From: Pristiophorus japonicus | Lineage: Eukaryota | Assembly (NCBI RefSeq): GCF_044704955.1 | Contig: NC_091992.1 | Coordinates: forward strand, 84,940,001 to 85,004,000 | Direction: 5' to 3' | DNA length: 64,000 bases | Part shown: positions 39,528-52,649 of the stretch, in pieces | Position numbering within the stretch: position 1 is the stretch's first letter | How the letters are laid out: each line of letters starts with the position of its first letter | Position numbers and translations under genes: made by a program | The notes under the pieces: model-generated | Told to the model about the DNA's origin: nothing | Database searches by the model: none | Seen by the model: only the letters and a program-made list of their open reading frames with translations

Positions 39528-40358
39528 TATATCAAAAATAGCTAATACCGAATCCTGGGGTACACCATTGTATACCTTCCTATAGTCTGAAAAACAACCG
39601 TTCACCACTACTCTCTCTTTCTGTCCCTTCACCAATTTTGTATCCACAAAGCCACTGCGCCTTTAATCCCATGGGCTTCTATTTTGCTATTATGTGATAC
39701 TGTATCAAATGCCTTTTGAATGTCCATATACACAACATCAACCTCACTACCCTCATCAACCTGCTCCGTAACTTCATCAAAGAACTCAATTAAATTAGTC
39801 AAATACAAATACAAAATGCTCATTCAGTACCTTAGTCATGCCATCTGCCTCCACAAGAAGACTTCCTTTCTGGGGCCTAATCGGTCCTACTCTTCCTTTG
39901 ACTATCCTTTTATTATTTACATGTTTCTAAAAGATTTTGGGGTTCCCTCTTACATTACCCGTTAATCTAGTTTCACACACACTCTTTGCCCCCTCTCATT
40001 TCCTTTTTCAATCCTCCTCTGCACTTTCTGTATTCAACTTGGTTCTCCGCTGCATTATGAATCTGACCTTGATCATAAGCTTCCTTTTTCTGTTTTATTT
40101 TAATCTCTACAGCTTTAGTTATCCAAGGAGCTCTAGCTTTGAATGCACTTCCTTTCCCCCTCATGGGAATGTGTCTAGTCTGTACCCAAACTATCTCCGA
40201 TTTGAAGGCCTCCCATTGCTCAATTACTGCTTTATCTGCCAATCATTGATCCCAATACACCTGGGATGGATCCCTTTTCAACTCACTGAAATGAGTCCTT
40301 CTCCAGCTGAGTATTTTTACATTTGATTGCTCCTTGTGCTTTTCCATAACTACTATAA

Positions 40359-41823
40359 CCTGTGGCTGAAAAACTCCTCCCAGAGTCGCAATGCGGATTC
40401 CACCCACTAAGGGGCAGAATGGACATAATCTTCACCGCGTGGCAGATACAAGAGAAATGCAGGGAACAGCACCAACCCTTGTACATGGCCTTCTTCGACC
40501 TCACAAAAGCCTTCGACACTGTCAACCATGAGGGATTATGGAGCATCCTCCTCAGATTCGTCTGCCGTCAAAAGTTTGTCACGATGACATGCAAGACGTG
40601 ATCCTGACCAATGGATCCATCACTGACCCATCCCGCGTCTGGACTGGGGTCAAGCAAGGCTGTGTCATCACACCAACGGTCTTCTCGATCTTCCTTGCTG
40701 CAATGCTCCATCTCACCCTCAGCAAGCTCCCCACTGGAGTGGAGCTAAATTACAGGACAAACGGGAATCTGTTCAACCTCAGGCCAGATCCAAGGTCATC
40801 CCATCCTCCTTCATCGAACTACAGTACACAGATGACGCCTGTATCTGCGCACACTAATAGGCTGAACTCTAAGCCATCGTCAACACCTTCACCGAGGCAT
40901 ATGAGAGCATGGGCCTTACACTAAACATCCGTAAGACAAAGATCCTCTACCAACCTGATCCCACCACACAGCACTGTCCCCCGGTTATCAAAATCCATGA
41001 TGAGGCCTTGGACAACGTGGACCATTTTCCATACCTCGGGAGCCTACTGTCAACAAGGGCAGACGAGGTCCAACACCACTTTCAGTGTGCCAGTGCAACC
41101 TTTGGTCGCCTGAGGAAGAGAGTGTTTGAAGACCAGGATCTCAAACCCGGCATCAAGCTCATGGTCTACAGATCAGTGGTGATACCCGCCCTCCTATATG
41201 GTTCAGAGACATGGACTATGTACAGCAGGCACCTCAAAATACTGGAGAAGTACCACCAACACTCCCTCCACAAGATCATGCAAACCCATTGGCAGGATAG
41301 GCGCACCAGCGTCGGTGTTCTCACTCAGGCCAATATCCGCAGCATCGAAGCATTGATCACGCTCGTTCAGCTCCGCTGGACGGGCCACATTGTTTGCATG
41401 CCTGACACGAGACTCCCAAAGCAAGTGCTCTACTCGGAGCTCTGGCATGGCAAGCGAGCCCCAGGTGGGCAGAGGAAACATTTCAAAGACACCCTCAAAG
41501 CCTCCTTGAAAAAGTGCAACATCCCCACCAACACCTGGGAATCCCTGGCCCAAGACCGTCCAAAGAGGAGCAGAAGCATCCGGGAAGGCGCTGAACACCT
41601 CGAGTCTCTTCGCCGAGAGCAAGCTGAAGCCAAGCGCCGACAGTGGAAGGAGCGCACGGCAACCCAAGCACCCTACCCACCCGTTCCTTCAACCACCATT
41701 TGCCCCACCTGTGACAGAGACTGTAGGTACCGCATTGGACACATCAGTCACCTGAGAACTCATTTCTAGTGTGGAAGCAAGTCATCCTCGATTCCGAGGG
41801 ACTGCCTCTGATGATGATGATGA
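40359..41823 (+). mobile_element. RTE LINE, 5'-truncated, RT to tail
   Basis: LPESQCGF, FFDLTKAFDTV, GVKQGC, LQYTDD, ORF 40909..41769 ending in a C2H2-like motif; (GAT)n tail; imperfect TSD TATAA(A)CCT. Confidence 0.95.
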
Positions 41824-42324
41824 TATAAACCTAATGATATTGTGATCATTGTTTCCCAAATGCTCTCCCATCAAAAAATGCTCCACTTGCTCCATTTCCT
41901 TCCCCAGGCACTAGATCCAGCACTGCTTCCTTCCTCGCTGGGCTGGAAACTACTGATTAAAATGTTCTCCTGTACACATTTCAGGAATTCCTCCACCTCT
42001 TTGCCCTTTATAATGTTATTTTCCCAGTCTATATTAGGATAATTGAAGTTCCTTACTATCCCCACTCTATTGTTCTTGCATCTTTCTGAAATTTGCCTGC
42101 AAATTTTCTCATCTATCTCCTTCCCATTATTTCCTTGGATTTTTTTTGATTTTCCAAGTGATGGCAAATGATCGGGAGAATGCCGCTCAAATTCAACCCC
42201 TCTGTACTAAACCAGGATAACTACCTGTGTGATTCAGACGATCCATTTATCATTTGGTTCTTATTAACATTAACTTGAATCTGAAGTAAACTTTTATAAT
42301 TAGTTTCATGAATCTACAATTGTG

Positions 42325-43030
42325 ACTTAGTTGGCAGCTCATATCTCTGAGTCAGAAGATTTTTGGTTCAAGTCCCACTCTGGGGTTTAAATATACTTCC
42401 AGAGAAGGAATCTTTTAGCCATCTCAGGTCAATGTTGATGATCCCAGGACACAATTTGAAGAAGGGCAGGCAGCTCTCCCAGTGCCCTGTCCAACATTCC
42501 TCCCTCAAATACCTTCACCAAAAATTGTGAACTCCTCTCTGTTTTTGTGCAGTTTTGGCAGTCACAAACTGGCCACCATGTTAGTTTACATAGCAACAGT
42601 TACTGGATCGAAAAAGTAATTCATTGTGTGAAGTACTTCACGTTATTTCTCAGACGGGCGATAAGCTACACAATAAAAATAGCTTATTGCCCACCACAAT
42701 GATGGGACAATGGCCATAGGTGCAGAAAAATGGGCCTTCATTTTCTAAACTGGCCTCCAACAGGACTATCGAAGTATTGGTACCTGATGTCAAGGTGAAT
42801 TCAGATGAGAAGTAGTTTTATGGTTGGTCTTCCAGGACCTGATTTATAATGGTAAAAATGAAAGACTTACATTTATATCGCGCCTTTCATGACCACAGGA
42901 TGTCACAGAGCGCATTACAGCCAGTGAAGCTCTTTTGAAGTGTAGTGACTTTTGTAATGTAGGAAACGTGACAGTTTGCATACATCAAGGTCCCACACAT
43001 AGCAATGAGGTAATGACCAGATCTGTTTTT
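42325..43030. mobile_element. Two diverged Deu-SINE fragments (+ 42325-42665; - 42860-43030)
   Basis: B-box, Deu core remnants and tail similarity to other copies. Confidence 0.65.
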
Positions 43031-43476
43031 AATGGGTACAAGGGTCAAGTAGCAACAAGGGAGAGCGGAGAGCTATTGATAACTGTAATGAATCTCCTTT
43101 TATACAATTAATGATTAAGTGGCCATTTAGAAGGATCCTTTAACAAGCTGACTCAGGCCTGTAGGGCCACTTATCCCTGCTCACTGTAAAATGCAATCAT
43201 TTACACCTATTTATAATCCATCACTGTTATTTTACATCTGCTGTTGTGACACTGCAGCTTGGAAGCTACGCAACTGTAAGTTGTTATATTTAACTGTGTT
43301 CTATAGACAGTACAGAAATAGCACAATTAACCAACAAGTGTATTAGATGCTAAGCCTTTCGCTTGGGTGTCACATCTGCATTAACTGGGCACGAGTGGGG
43401 AACTACAGAACTAACAAATAGCTGGCACCAGTGGCACCAGTTATAGTTATTATTGAAAAATAAATTGACTTAAAAA

Positions 43477-43685
43477 TGTGGAATTCTCTACCGCAGAAAG
43501 TTGTTGAGGCCAGTTTGTTAGATATATTCAAGAGGGAGTTAGATATGGCTCTTACGGCCAAAGGGATCAAGGGGTAGGGAGAGAAAGCAGGAAAGGGGTA
43601 CTGAGGGAATGATCAGCCATGATCTTATTGAATGGCCGAATGGCCTACTCCTTCACCTAATTTCTATGTTTCTATGTTTTCTATG
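43477..43685 (+). mobile_element. CR1 3' end
   Basis: Similar to 27060-27287; TTTCTATG tail. Confidence 0.88.
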
Positions 43686-43859
43686 GTAGTTGGGAGCTGA
43701 AATTTATTTTTGCTTTTTTTAAGAAAATGTAACTTCACAATCTCAGCTTGATGGCAAAAGCTAACAATCACACATCTTTAAAGACAACTATTTTCTGCGA
43801 ATGAAAATACTTTAATTTGTAAAACTCGAGTTTGAATCAAATTAATGAAGAAAAAGTCA

Positions 43860-44312
43860 TTGGAGTAAATCGCGACTTTGTGTGATCGTGTAAAACGAGT
43901 GATAGCGAGTTGTTGGCCGGTTTTACACCCTCCCATTTTTATTTTACTCCTGAATATCACTGCACCTGAACATCCGCTATGTCCTTTCTGGTGTCTGCAC
44001 CGGAAGAATGATATCGAAATGCACGTCAGGGAGTCGAAATTGCCTACCACCTGAAACGAGGCGCACCTACCATTTTCAAAGTGTTCCGGCCGCCCCATTG
44101 CATGGGCGGAAGTAGCCTCATCATGGGGGCAGAAGTGGGGGCGGGGCAGAGTGATTAAAGTGCAAATGGCCGTCCCGGGCACCGCTCCAAAACTGAGGAA
44201 GGGCAATTTTCAAAATGGCAGCCCCTCCACGGAGACTCAGCGGCCATTCTGCGCCGAACCATGGCCACTCAGGCGGCCACGGGCCTTATAGAAAGGACCA
44301 ATTTCGGCCCCC
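43860..44312. mobile_element. Harbinger-type MITE remnant
   Basis: GC-rich block ending CAATTTCGGCCCC; left TIR not clear. Confidence 0.45.
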
Positions 44313-44659
44313 AGATCTCCTGTAACAGCACCGGGTGTAATTCAGAGGCAAAGTGCCCCCATACAAACTTGGTGCCACTGATCCCAGAGCTGTGGTTTGG
44401 GAGCTATCCATCTAATGGAGCAAACTGGTATGGTCTAGGAAGGACATTATTTTTGAATAAAAAATGATTTTGCTCCTTCTGTACTTGTTGCATAATACTG
44501 TTAGTCCTCTACACTTAATGACAGAGACTGCGGTCAGTACTGGGTCACTCACACCCACACCTGCCTTTTGAGATATGGCTTATTCAAAGAAAGAACTTAA
44601 ATCTATACAACGCGTTTCACAACCTCCGTACGTCCCAAAGCGCTTGTTTAAAATTAATT

Positions 44660-45463
44660 GATAGGAAGCGGGCATCGCTGGCAAGGCCAGCATTTATTGC
44701 CCATCCTAATTGCCCTCGAGAAAGTGGCGGTAAGCCGCCTTGCTTATTGTTTTTCGCAGCGGTGTGTCACTGAGAGGTGATCTTATTGAAACGTATAAGA
44801 TTCTGAGGAGGCTTGACAGGATAGATGCAGAGAGGATGTTTCCCCTCGCGGGGAAATCTAGAACTAGGGGGCGTAGTTTCAGAATAAGGGGTTGCCCATT
44901 TAAAATAGAAAAGAGGAGGAATTTATTCTCTCAGAGGGTGTGAAACTTTGGAATTCTCTGCCTCAGAAAGCTGTGGAGGCTGGTCATTGAATATATTTAA
45001 GGTGGAGATAGACAGATTTTTGAACTATAGGGGTGTCAAGGGTTACGGGAAGCGGGCAGGGAAGTGGAGTTGAGGCCAAGATCAGATCAGCCATGATCTT
45101 TTTGAATGGCGGAGCAGGCTCGAGCGGCCAAATGGCCTATTCATGCTCCTATTTCTTATATTTGTATGTATTTCACAGGGCAGTTAAGAGCCAACCACAT
45201 TGCTGTGGGTCTGGAGTCACATATAGGCCAGATCAGGTAAGGATGGCAGATTTCCTTCCCTAAAGGACATTAGTGAACTAGATGGGTTTTTACGACAATC
45301 CAATAGTTTCATGGTCACCATTACTGATACTAGCTTTTTATTCCAGATTTATTTAATTAACTGAATTTTAATTCCTAAGCTGTCGTGGTGGGATTTGAAC
45401 CCACGCCTCTGAATCATTAGTCCAGGCCTCTGAATTACTAGTAAAAAGCACAACTGCTACCAT
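44660..45463 (-). mobile_element. tRNA-derived SINE (second family) interrupted by a + strand CR1 3' fragment (~44766-45168)
   Basis: Flanks match 31248-31579; the insert encodes LRGDLIETYKIL and a CR1 3' UTR. Confidence 0.8.
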
Positions 45464-45704
45464 TCTCGACAGTCACTGTTGTAGTGTGTAGAGACAGAGG
45501 AGAGCAAACAACCAGAGGCCCCTGACTGGTTACATTCACTTGGGCTTCTCCGTGATACTAACAACTGTTTCTCTTCTACAGAGCAGGAACACTTTTCCCC
45601 AACACTCACCCCGCCCCACCTCGAACTTCCATCTGGAAGAGCAGAATTCTGATCAGCAAACCTACACCCTCTTCCTATTGCTGTTCTAGCATTCTTCACA
45701 CTCA

Positions 45705-46098
45705 GACTTAATTCTCATCCTTATTTACAAATCCCTCCATGGCCTCACCCTCCCTATCTCTGTAATCTCTTCCAGCCCAACAACCCCCCGAGATGTCTGC
45801 GCACCTCTAATTCTGCGCTCTTCAGCACCCCTGATTATAATCGCTTAACCATTGGTGGCCGTGCCTTCTGTTGCCTAGGCCTCAAGCTCTGGAAGTCCCT
45901 ACCTAAGCCTCTCCGCCTCTCTACCTCTTTTTTCTCCTTAAAGACACTCCTTAAAACATAAATTTTAGTCACCTGCGCTAATTTCTACTTATGCGGCTCA
46001 GTGTCAAATTATTTATCTCATAATACTCCTGTGAAGCACCTTGGGACGTTTCACTACATTAAAAGCGCTATATAAATACAAGTTGTGGTTGTTGTTGT
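45705..46098 (+). mobile_element. L2 LINE 3' fragment
   Basis: YKSLHGL region, IGGRAF, tail GCGCTATATAAATACAAG(TTG)n. Confidence 0.85.
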
Positions 46099-46565
46099 TT
46101 TACTCTGTTCCAATTGGCATAACAATGTTCCTCTCCTACCAGCTCACGCCGAGGCAGGCCACGGAGGTGACCAGACTGTGGAGTGGAGTGTTGCTGCCAT
46201 CTCAGCTGTAGCACAACATCATAAACTCATTCACAGGGCACCAAACCGTTAAATATACATGAAGACCGCCCATAGCGCACATACATTGAACTGCAAGTCC
46301 ACTACACTCCATCAGAAGTTTTCAGTAAAATAAATCCTGCTTCATTACCTCTAAAAATGATAATCTTCTGGCTCGCTTGTTGCGTTTCTATTTGACCTGC
46401 GCCATTAACATGCTGCTGCCTTTAAGGTCTGTGCAGTCACTGGGATTTCCGCTCAGTTGCTTCAATGTCCCAATAGATTACCTCCAGCTGCACTAGAAGC
46501 ACCGCCCCCGCCCCCCCAACGCCACCCCCCCGCCTCCCCTCACATGGTAAAAAGGGCCAGCTGTT

Positions 46566-46978
46566 TTTGTTTTCTTTGGAGCAGAGGAAGCTGAGGGGAG
46601 ACCTAATTGAGGTGTATAAAATTATGAGGGGTCTAGATAGAGAGGATAGGAAAGACCTATTTCCCTTAGCAGAGGAGTCAACAAGCAGGAGGTATAGATT
46701 TAAAGTAATTGGTAGTAGGTTTAGAGGGGGTTTGAGGGGAAATGTTTTCATCCAGAGGATGGTGGGGTCTGGAACTCACTGCTTGAAAGGATGGCAGAGG
46801 CAGAAACCCTCATCGCATTTTAAAAGTACTTGGATATGCACCTGACGTGCCGTAACCTGCAGGGCTACGGACCGAGAGCTGGAAAGTGGGATTAGGCTGG
46901 ATAGCTCTTTGTCGGCTGGTGCGGACACGATGGACTGAAATGGCTTCCTTCCGTGCTGTAAATTTCTATGATTCTATG
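46566..46978 (+). mobile_element. CR1 3' fragment
   Basis: FSLEQRKLRGDLIEVYKIMRG; TTCTATGA tail. Confidence 0.88.
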
Positions 46979-47035
46979 AGAATCACATGGTATCCCACCC
47001 CCCCTGCAGAAGTGCACTGCTTACACATTGAAAAA

Positions 47036-47437
47036 TAGAACAAGACTTGCATTTATATAGCGCCTTTCACAACCTCAGAACATCCCAAAGCGCTTTACAG
47101 CCAATGGAGTACTTTTGAAGTGTAGTCACTGTTGTAAAGTAGCAGCCAATTTGCACACAGCAAGCTCCCACAAAAAGCAATGTGATAATAACCAGATAAT
47201 CTGTTTTAGTGATGTTGGTTGAGGGATAAATATTGGCCAAGGCACTGGGGAGAACTCTCCTGCTCTTCTTCGAAATAGTGCCATGGGATCTTTCACATCC
47301 AACTGAAAGGGCAGACGGGGCTTCAGTTTAATGTCTCATCTGAAAAACGGCACCTCTGACAGTACAGCACTCCCTCAGTACTGCGCTGTGGTGTCAGCCT
47401 AGATTATATGTTGAAGTCTCGGGAGTGGAGTTTGAAC
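47036..47437 (-). mobile_element. Deu-domain SINE (SacSINE1-like)
   Basis: Reverse complement of tail, Deu core and B-box. Confidence 0.88.
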
Positions 47438-47614
47438 TGTAATATCAGTGTTTGTTTCAGACTCAGCTCATTCGCTGAAAAGTGAAGAAAGCAGTCAGTC
47501 CCAGGAGGCAATCATTTCCCTGGATTTTCTGGGGGTCTATGGGCTAAAGAAGACCAATGGGATTAAATTGTGCCTTAAAATATAGTTCCCGCTGAGGTGA
47601 GGTGGCATGGAAAC

Positions 47615-50600
47615 TATTATGTTCAGAATAACTCCAAAAGACTGTGTTGTTAGCTCAAACCATTGTGATCTTGGTCTCTTCAAACTAACTCCAAAGTGAG
47701 GCAGCAGCATGGTGGATTGCCTTTTATACCTGCTTGCCCAGGGTGCACAGGTGACCTTTAGGTCTCCCACAAGTGTGCCTCCTGGCGGCAAGTCTTACAC
47801 ATTGGTGAGGTTTGAATACATAACATCACCCCCCCCCCCCCCGCCCCCCCCACCCCAAAGTCTTATGTACAAGTTATTTACAGGTTGAGGCGATCTGGTG
47901 CTCTGCGTTCCTGGGTCGATCACCTGAGTTGAAGTCCTGCCATGGGTGAATTGGTCGGATCATTGCTGCACGGCAGCGCGGCTGGTCTGATCAGACTGTT
48001 GGGCATGGTGGGTTCATCCTCGTGGTTGACAGCGAGGTCGATTGCTGGCTGGGTGTGTGTTGGTGGATCATAGATGGTAAAGTCTTCTTCAAACTGATCT
48101 TGGTAGTCCATGAATCGCAGTTTAGTCTGATCCAAGTGCTTTCTGAACGGTTGCCCATTCAACAGTTTAACAACAAACACACTATTCCCTTCCTTGGCTA
48201 AAACAGTGCCAGCAATCCATTTGGGACTATGACCGTAATTGAGATCAAACACAGGAGCATTAACCTCAATGTCACGTGACACAGCTGCGCGACCGTGGTA
48301 CATGTTATGCCTGTGCCGCCGGGTTTCTACGTGATCATTGAGATCCGGGTGGACTAAGGAGAGCCTGGTTTTGAGTGCTCTCTTCATTAACAACTCTGCA
48401 GGGAGAATCCCGGTGAGCGAGTGGGGGCGTGTCCGGTAGCTGAGCAGGACCTGAGATAACCGGGTTTGCAAGGAGCCGTCCGTTTCGCATTTCAAGCTCT
48501 GCTTGATGGTTTGGACTGCCCGTTCTGCTTGACCATTGGACCAAGCCAGTACTAAGCATTTACATGGGTCACACAATACAAGTAACTTGTTAGAACATAG
48601 CAGGTTTCTGACCTTACTAAAGGCTGTCTCTTGAGATTTACCCCAAACCCAGTCATCACCCTTGCGTAGCAATAAATGCAAGGGTTCCAGCAAAGTGCTC
48701 AATCCCGGTAGAAAGTTCCCAAAATAGTTGAGGAGTCCCAGGAACGAACGCAGCTCCGTCACATTCTGTGGTCTAGTTGCATTCTTGATGGCCTCCGTCT
48801 TGGAGTCCGTGGGTCTGATACCATCTACTGCAATCTTTCTCCCCAGAAATTCGACCTCTGGCGCCAGGAAAACACATTTGGAGCATTTCAGCCTGAGTCC
48901 CACTCTGTCCAGTCGCTTTAGAACCTCTTCCAGGTTGTGCAAGTGTTCGGTGGTGTTGTGACCAGTGATCAAGATGTCATCTTGGAACACCATGGTGCAT
49001 AGAACCGATTTCAGCAGACTTTCCATGTTCCTCTGAAAGTTGGCCGCAGCCGAGCAAATCCCAAAAGGGCATCTGTGGTACACGAACAGTCCTTTGTGCG
49101 TGTTGATGTACGTCAATTTCTTTGACGGTTCAGCCAGCTCCTGTGTCACGTAAGCAGAGGTTAGATCTAGCTTGGTGAACGACTTTCCCCCTGCTAGCAT
49201 TGCGAATAGGTCCTCCACTTTAGGTAGTGGGTACTGGTCCTGTAACGAGACTTGGTTGATTGTTACCTGTAGTCCCCGCAGATTCTGACCGTCCCATCGC
49301 TCTTTAGCACCGGCACGATTGGACTGGCCCACTAATTGACCTCGATTGGCGATATGATTCCCTCTCGTTGAAGTCTGTCCAGCTCGATCTCGACTTTCTC
49401 TCGCATCATATATAGGACTGCTCGGGCCTTGTGATGAATGGGCCATGCCTCAGGAACAAGATGGATATGCGTCTTGGTGCCTGTGAAGTTGCCGATGCCC
49501 GGCTCATATAAAGCCGGGAATTTGTTTAGCAACTGGGAGCACGAGGCATCATCCACCGAAGGCATTGCTTTGATGTCATCCCAGTTCCATCGGATCTTTC
49601 CTAGCCAGCTTCTGCTGAACAGCATTGGGCCATTGCCTGGTACAATCCATAGTGGTAAATCATGCACCATTCCGTCGTACGATACTTTAACTGCTGCACT
49701 GCCGATAACAGGTATGAGTTCTTTGGTGTAAGTGTGCAGGTGTGAAGGTGTGTACCCCATACGCTTCCTCTTCATCCTCAGGTTGAGTTGCCTTTCCTGC
49801 TCGTTCAGCGTGATCCGCGCTGGATCAATCGTTCTCTGCTGACTCTGCCACGTGGTGAGTCAGAGGTCATTTGCAGATTCGCTGGAGGTGCCCCATTGCA
49901 CATATAGTGCTTCAATCGGCATTGATGGACTCTATGACTGCCCCAGCAGTGCCAACATAGTTTTAATGGATACGCATTCATACCCCACTGCGGCCTCTGA
50001 GTCACCCTAGGCCTGGCTTCTGCGGTCGTGTCGGCCCTGCCATGTACAGTTCTGCCTGCTGAAGGCATTATTTTATGCACAGTACTTGCCGGTGAGCTTC
50101 GATGCTGTGAAGATATCTGTTTTGTGTTGTCGCTCGTGGATATGAAAGCCTGGGCTATCGTGATGGCCTTGCTCAGATCTAGGGATTCGGCAGACAGCAG
50201 TTTGCGAAGGATGACCTCGTGGCCGATTCCAAGCACGAAAAAGTCCCGCAACATTTCCCCCAAAGATCCGGCAAATTCGCACTGTCCTGCAAGGCATCTT
50301 AGGTCAGTGACAAAGCTCACCAGGTTCAGGACCTCGGTGCGATAGTGCGTGTAAAATCGATAACTGGCCATTAGGATGCTTTTCTTCAGCTTGAGTTGTT
50401 CCCGAACCAGCGTGCACAGCTCTGTGTAAGTCTTGTCCATTGGTTTGTCCCGTGCCAGCAGATTTTTGACAAGGCCATATATCGAAGACCCACATAAGGT
50501 GAGGAGAATCGCCCTGCGCTTGACCGCCATCTCTGTCGTGTCCAGCTCATTTGCCACGAAGTACTGGTCGAGATGCTCAACAAAGGCTTCCCAATCATCA

Positions 50601-50888
50601 CCCTCAACAAATCTCTCAAGAATACCAACAGCAGCCATTACCGCATGAAATTTCGTAATCTGTAACTCGTCGCCAATTATTATGTTCAGCATTACTCCAC
50701 AAGACTGTGTTATAAGCTCAAACCATTGTGACCTTGTTCTCTTTAATGTAACTCCAAAGTGAGGAAGCAGCATGGTGGATTGCCTTTTGTACCTGCTTGC
50801 CCAGGGTGCACAGGTGACCCTTAAGTCTCCCACAGGTGTGCCCCCTGGTGGCAAGTTTTACACATTGGTGAGGTTTGCATACATAACA
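47615..50888 (-). mobile_element. Gypsy (Mag-like) element E4 with an internal deletion
   Basis: 211-bp LTRs 47615-47825 and 50678-50888 (about 19 differences by eye); TSD GAAAC at 47610-47614 and 50889-50893; PBS 50666-50675; G-rich PPT 47826-47856. Confidence 0.96.
47878..50638 (-). pseudogene. Disrupted gag-pol of E4
   Basis: MAAVGILERFVEGDDW gag start; RT FQDD at 48976-48987; RNaseH start fused to the integrase C-terminal part. Confidence 0.9.
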
Positions 50889-51377
50889 GAAACAAAAATC
50901 AACAGTCTCTGTATTTTTTTCCTTCTGTTTCAGGCTTATACCTTGATATATTCCAGCACCGTAATTACAGTAATGATAGTATCCATCAGCCAACTGTGAA
51001 ATACTTGTGTAATTTAGTATTACTGCATCTATAAACAGCTATCAACTCATTTCTGAGTTGAATGTATAATTATATTGATGTTCATCCAATGGCAATGGTT
51101 CTCTTTGAAACTGATGTGCCTTTTATGTTCTAAAAGTGTTTAAATTTACTGTGAACATTCAGAGCATCTCTGATCCACTGATAGGATGGAATGCAAGTTC
51201 GAAGCACATATCATTATACCAGCTTAATGTCCTTTCAAATCTTATGCTCACAGTGGGCATCAGGCTTGAAGGGGCCATGAGACTGGGCTGCTTAGGTCTT
51301 ATGTAGCTAAATTCATCTTCAAGCTGTTCATGGGTCTAGGGAGCATATGGGGCTGGGGGTGAAGACGAGCGACTAGG

Positions 51378-51810
51378 CAGGAGTGCGAAAATGGGAGGGC
51401 AGGGAGAGTGGGAGTGGGAGGGCAGGGAGAGTGGGAATGGAAGGGCAGGGAGAGTGGGAATGGGAGTACAGGGAGAGTGGGGGTGAGAGGGCAGGGAGAG
51501 TGGGAATGGGAGGGCAGAGAGAGTGGGAATGGGAGGGCAGGGAGAGTGGAAATGGGAGGGCAGGGAGAGTGGGAATGGGAGGGCAGGGAGAGTGGGAATG
51601 GAAGGGCAGGGAGAGTGGGAATGGGAGGACAGGGAGAGTGGGGGTGAGAGGGCAGGGAGAGTTGGGGTGAAAGGGCAGGGAGATTGGGAATGGGAGGGCA
51701 GGAAGAGTGGGAATGGAAGGGCAGGGAGAGTGGGGGTGAGAGGGCAGAGAGAGTGGGAATGGGAGGGCAGGGAGAGTGGGGGTGAGAGGGCAGGGAGAGC
51801 GGGAATGGGA
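51378..51810. repeat. Purine-rich minisatellite, 23-bp unit GGGAGGGCAGGGAGAGTGGGAAT
   Basis: About 18 tandem copies visible. Confidence 0.95.
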
Positions 51811-52649
51811 CGGCAGGTAGGCTGGGGGGATTGGGAGAGTAGCAATGGTTATGTGTACACGCATGTACGTGCTCTTTCTTTCCCTCTGCCCTCTCTTTCT
51901 CGCTCTCTCTGAGGCTACATCATCTATTTTAGATTTTTTGCAGACACACACAGGTCTGTGTGTGTCTGCAAACATAGAGTCGACTGGGTATTGTTAGCCA
52001 TTGGGTTTATTGCACTTCCGACTGTAAAAGCTGCCAGTTCAAAAATCAATAAGATGTCCCTACAGGAGACATCGGATTGTAGAGGTGGATTGGATTCTGA
52101 ACAACTACCTTATTTTCACATTTAAAATATCTGAAACCCATCCAGGAGAAAATTAACTTTCAGCTTTAAAGCCAACGTTATAATAGATGTGAAAATAAAT
52201 GTCACAAGAACCCTTTAACTTTACAACCCATTCAGAGATATCTGAAGCTACCGTTTTTGTGCAAACTGCACTCTTCTGCAAAGTACTTTAGTATTTTTCC
52301 CCCTGCAACACAAGTGATGAAATGCTGAGTAAACCTGCAGCTTATTAAAAGCCCATATCCCAGGGCACTTTCAGGGTAACGACCAATTCCTACATGTCAT
52401 GGGCCTATTTATCAGGCTCATTTTTGGGCTGTTCGCTCTTCTGGGCCTGTGTCATCATTTTCAAAACTTTCAGTCAGCTTTTACTAGTCTTCCAGGTTGA
52501 AGTACATGAGTGTGAAAATAATTCAAGCAGAGAAGATAAGGTTCATGGTAATAGCACAAAATAAATGTTTTTAGTCCTGACGAAATATTGGAAAATAACA
52601 AGATTCATTCTTCATATGGTTTCTTAAATGTTTTAGGATTTTTTAAAAA

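Larger units (their letters stand above)
32852..42135 (-). mobile_element. CR1 LINE fragmented by multiple nested insertions
   Basis: Collinear minus-strand pieces: tail 32852-32863, 33674-34399, 39013-39171, 39530-40355, 41826-42135 (endonuclease NFNYPNIDW). Confidence 0.85.

Noticed and set aside
51336-51975. Pro/Ser-rich and Gly/Glu-rich ORFs
   Set aside because: Translations of the 23-bp minisatellite
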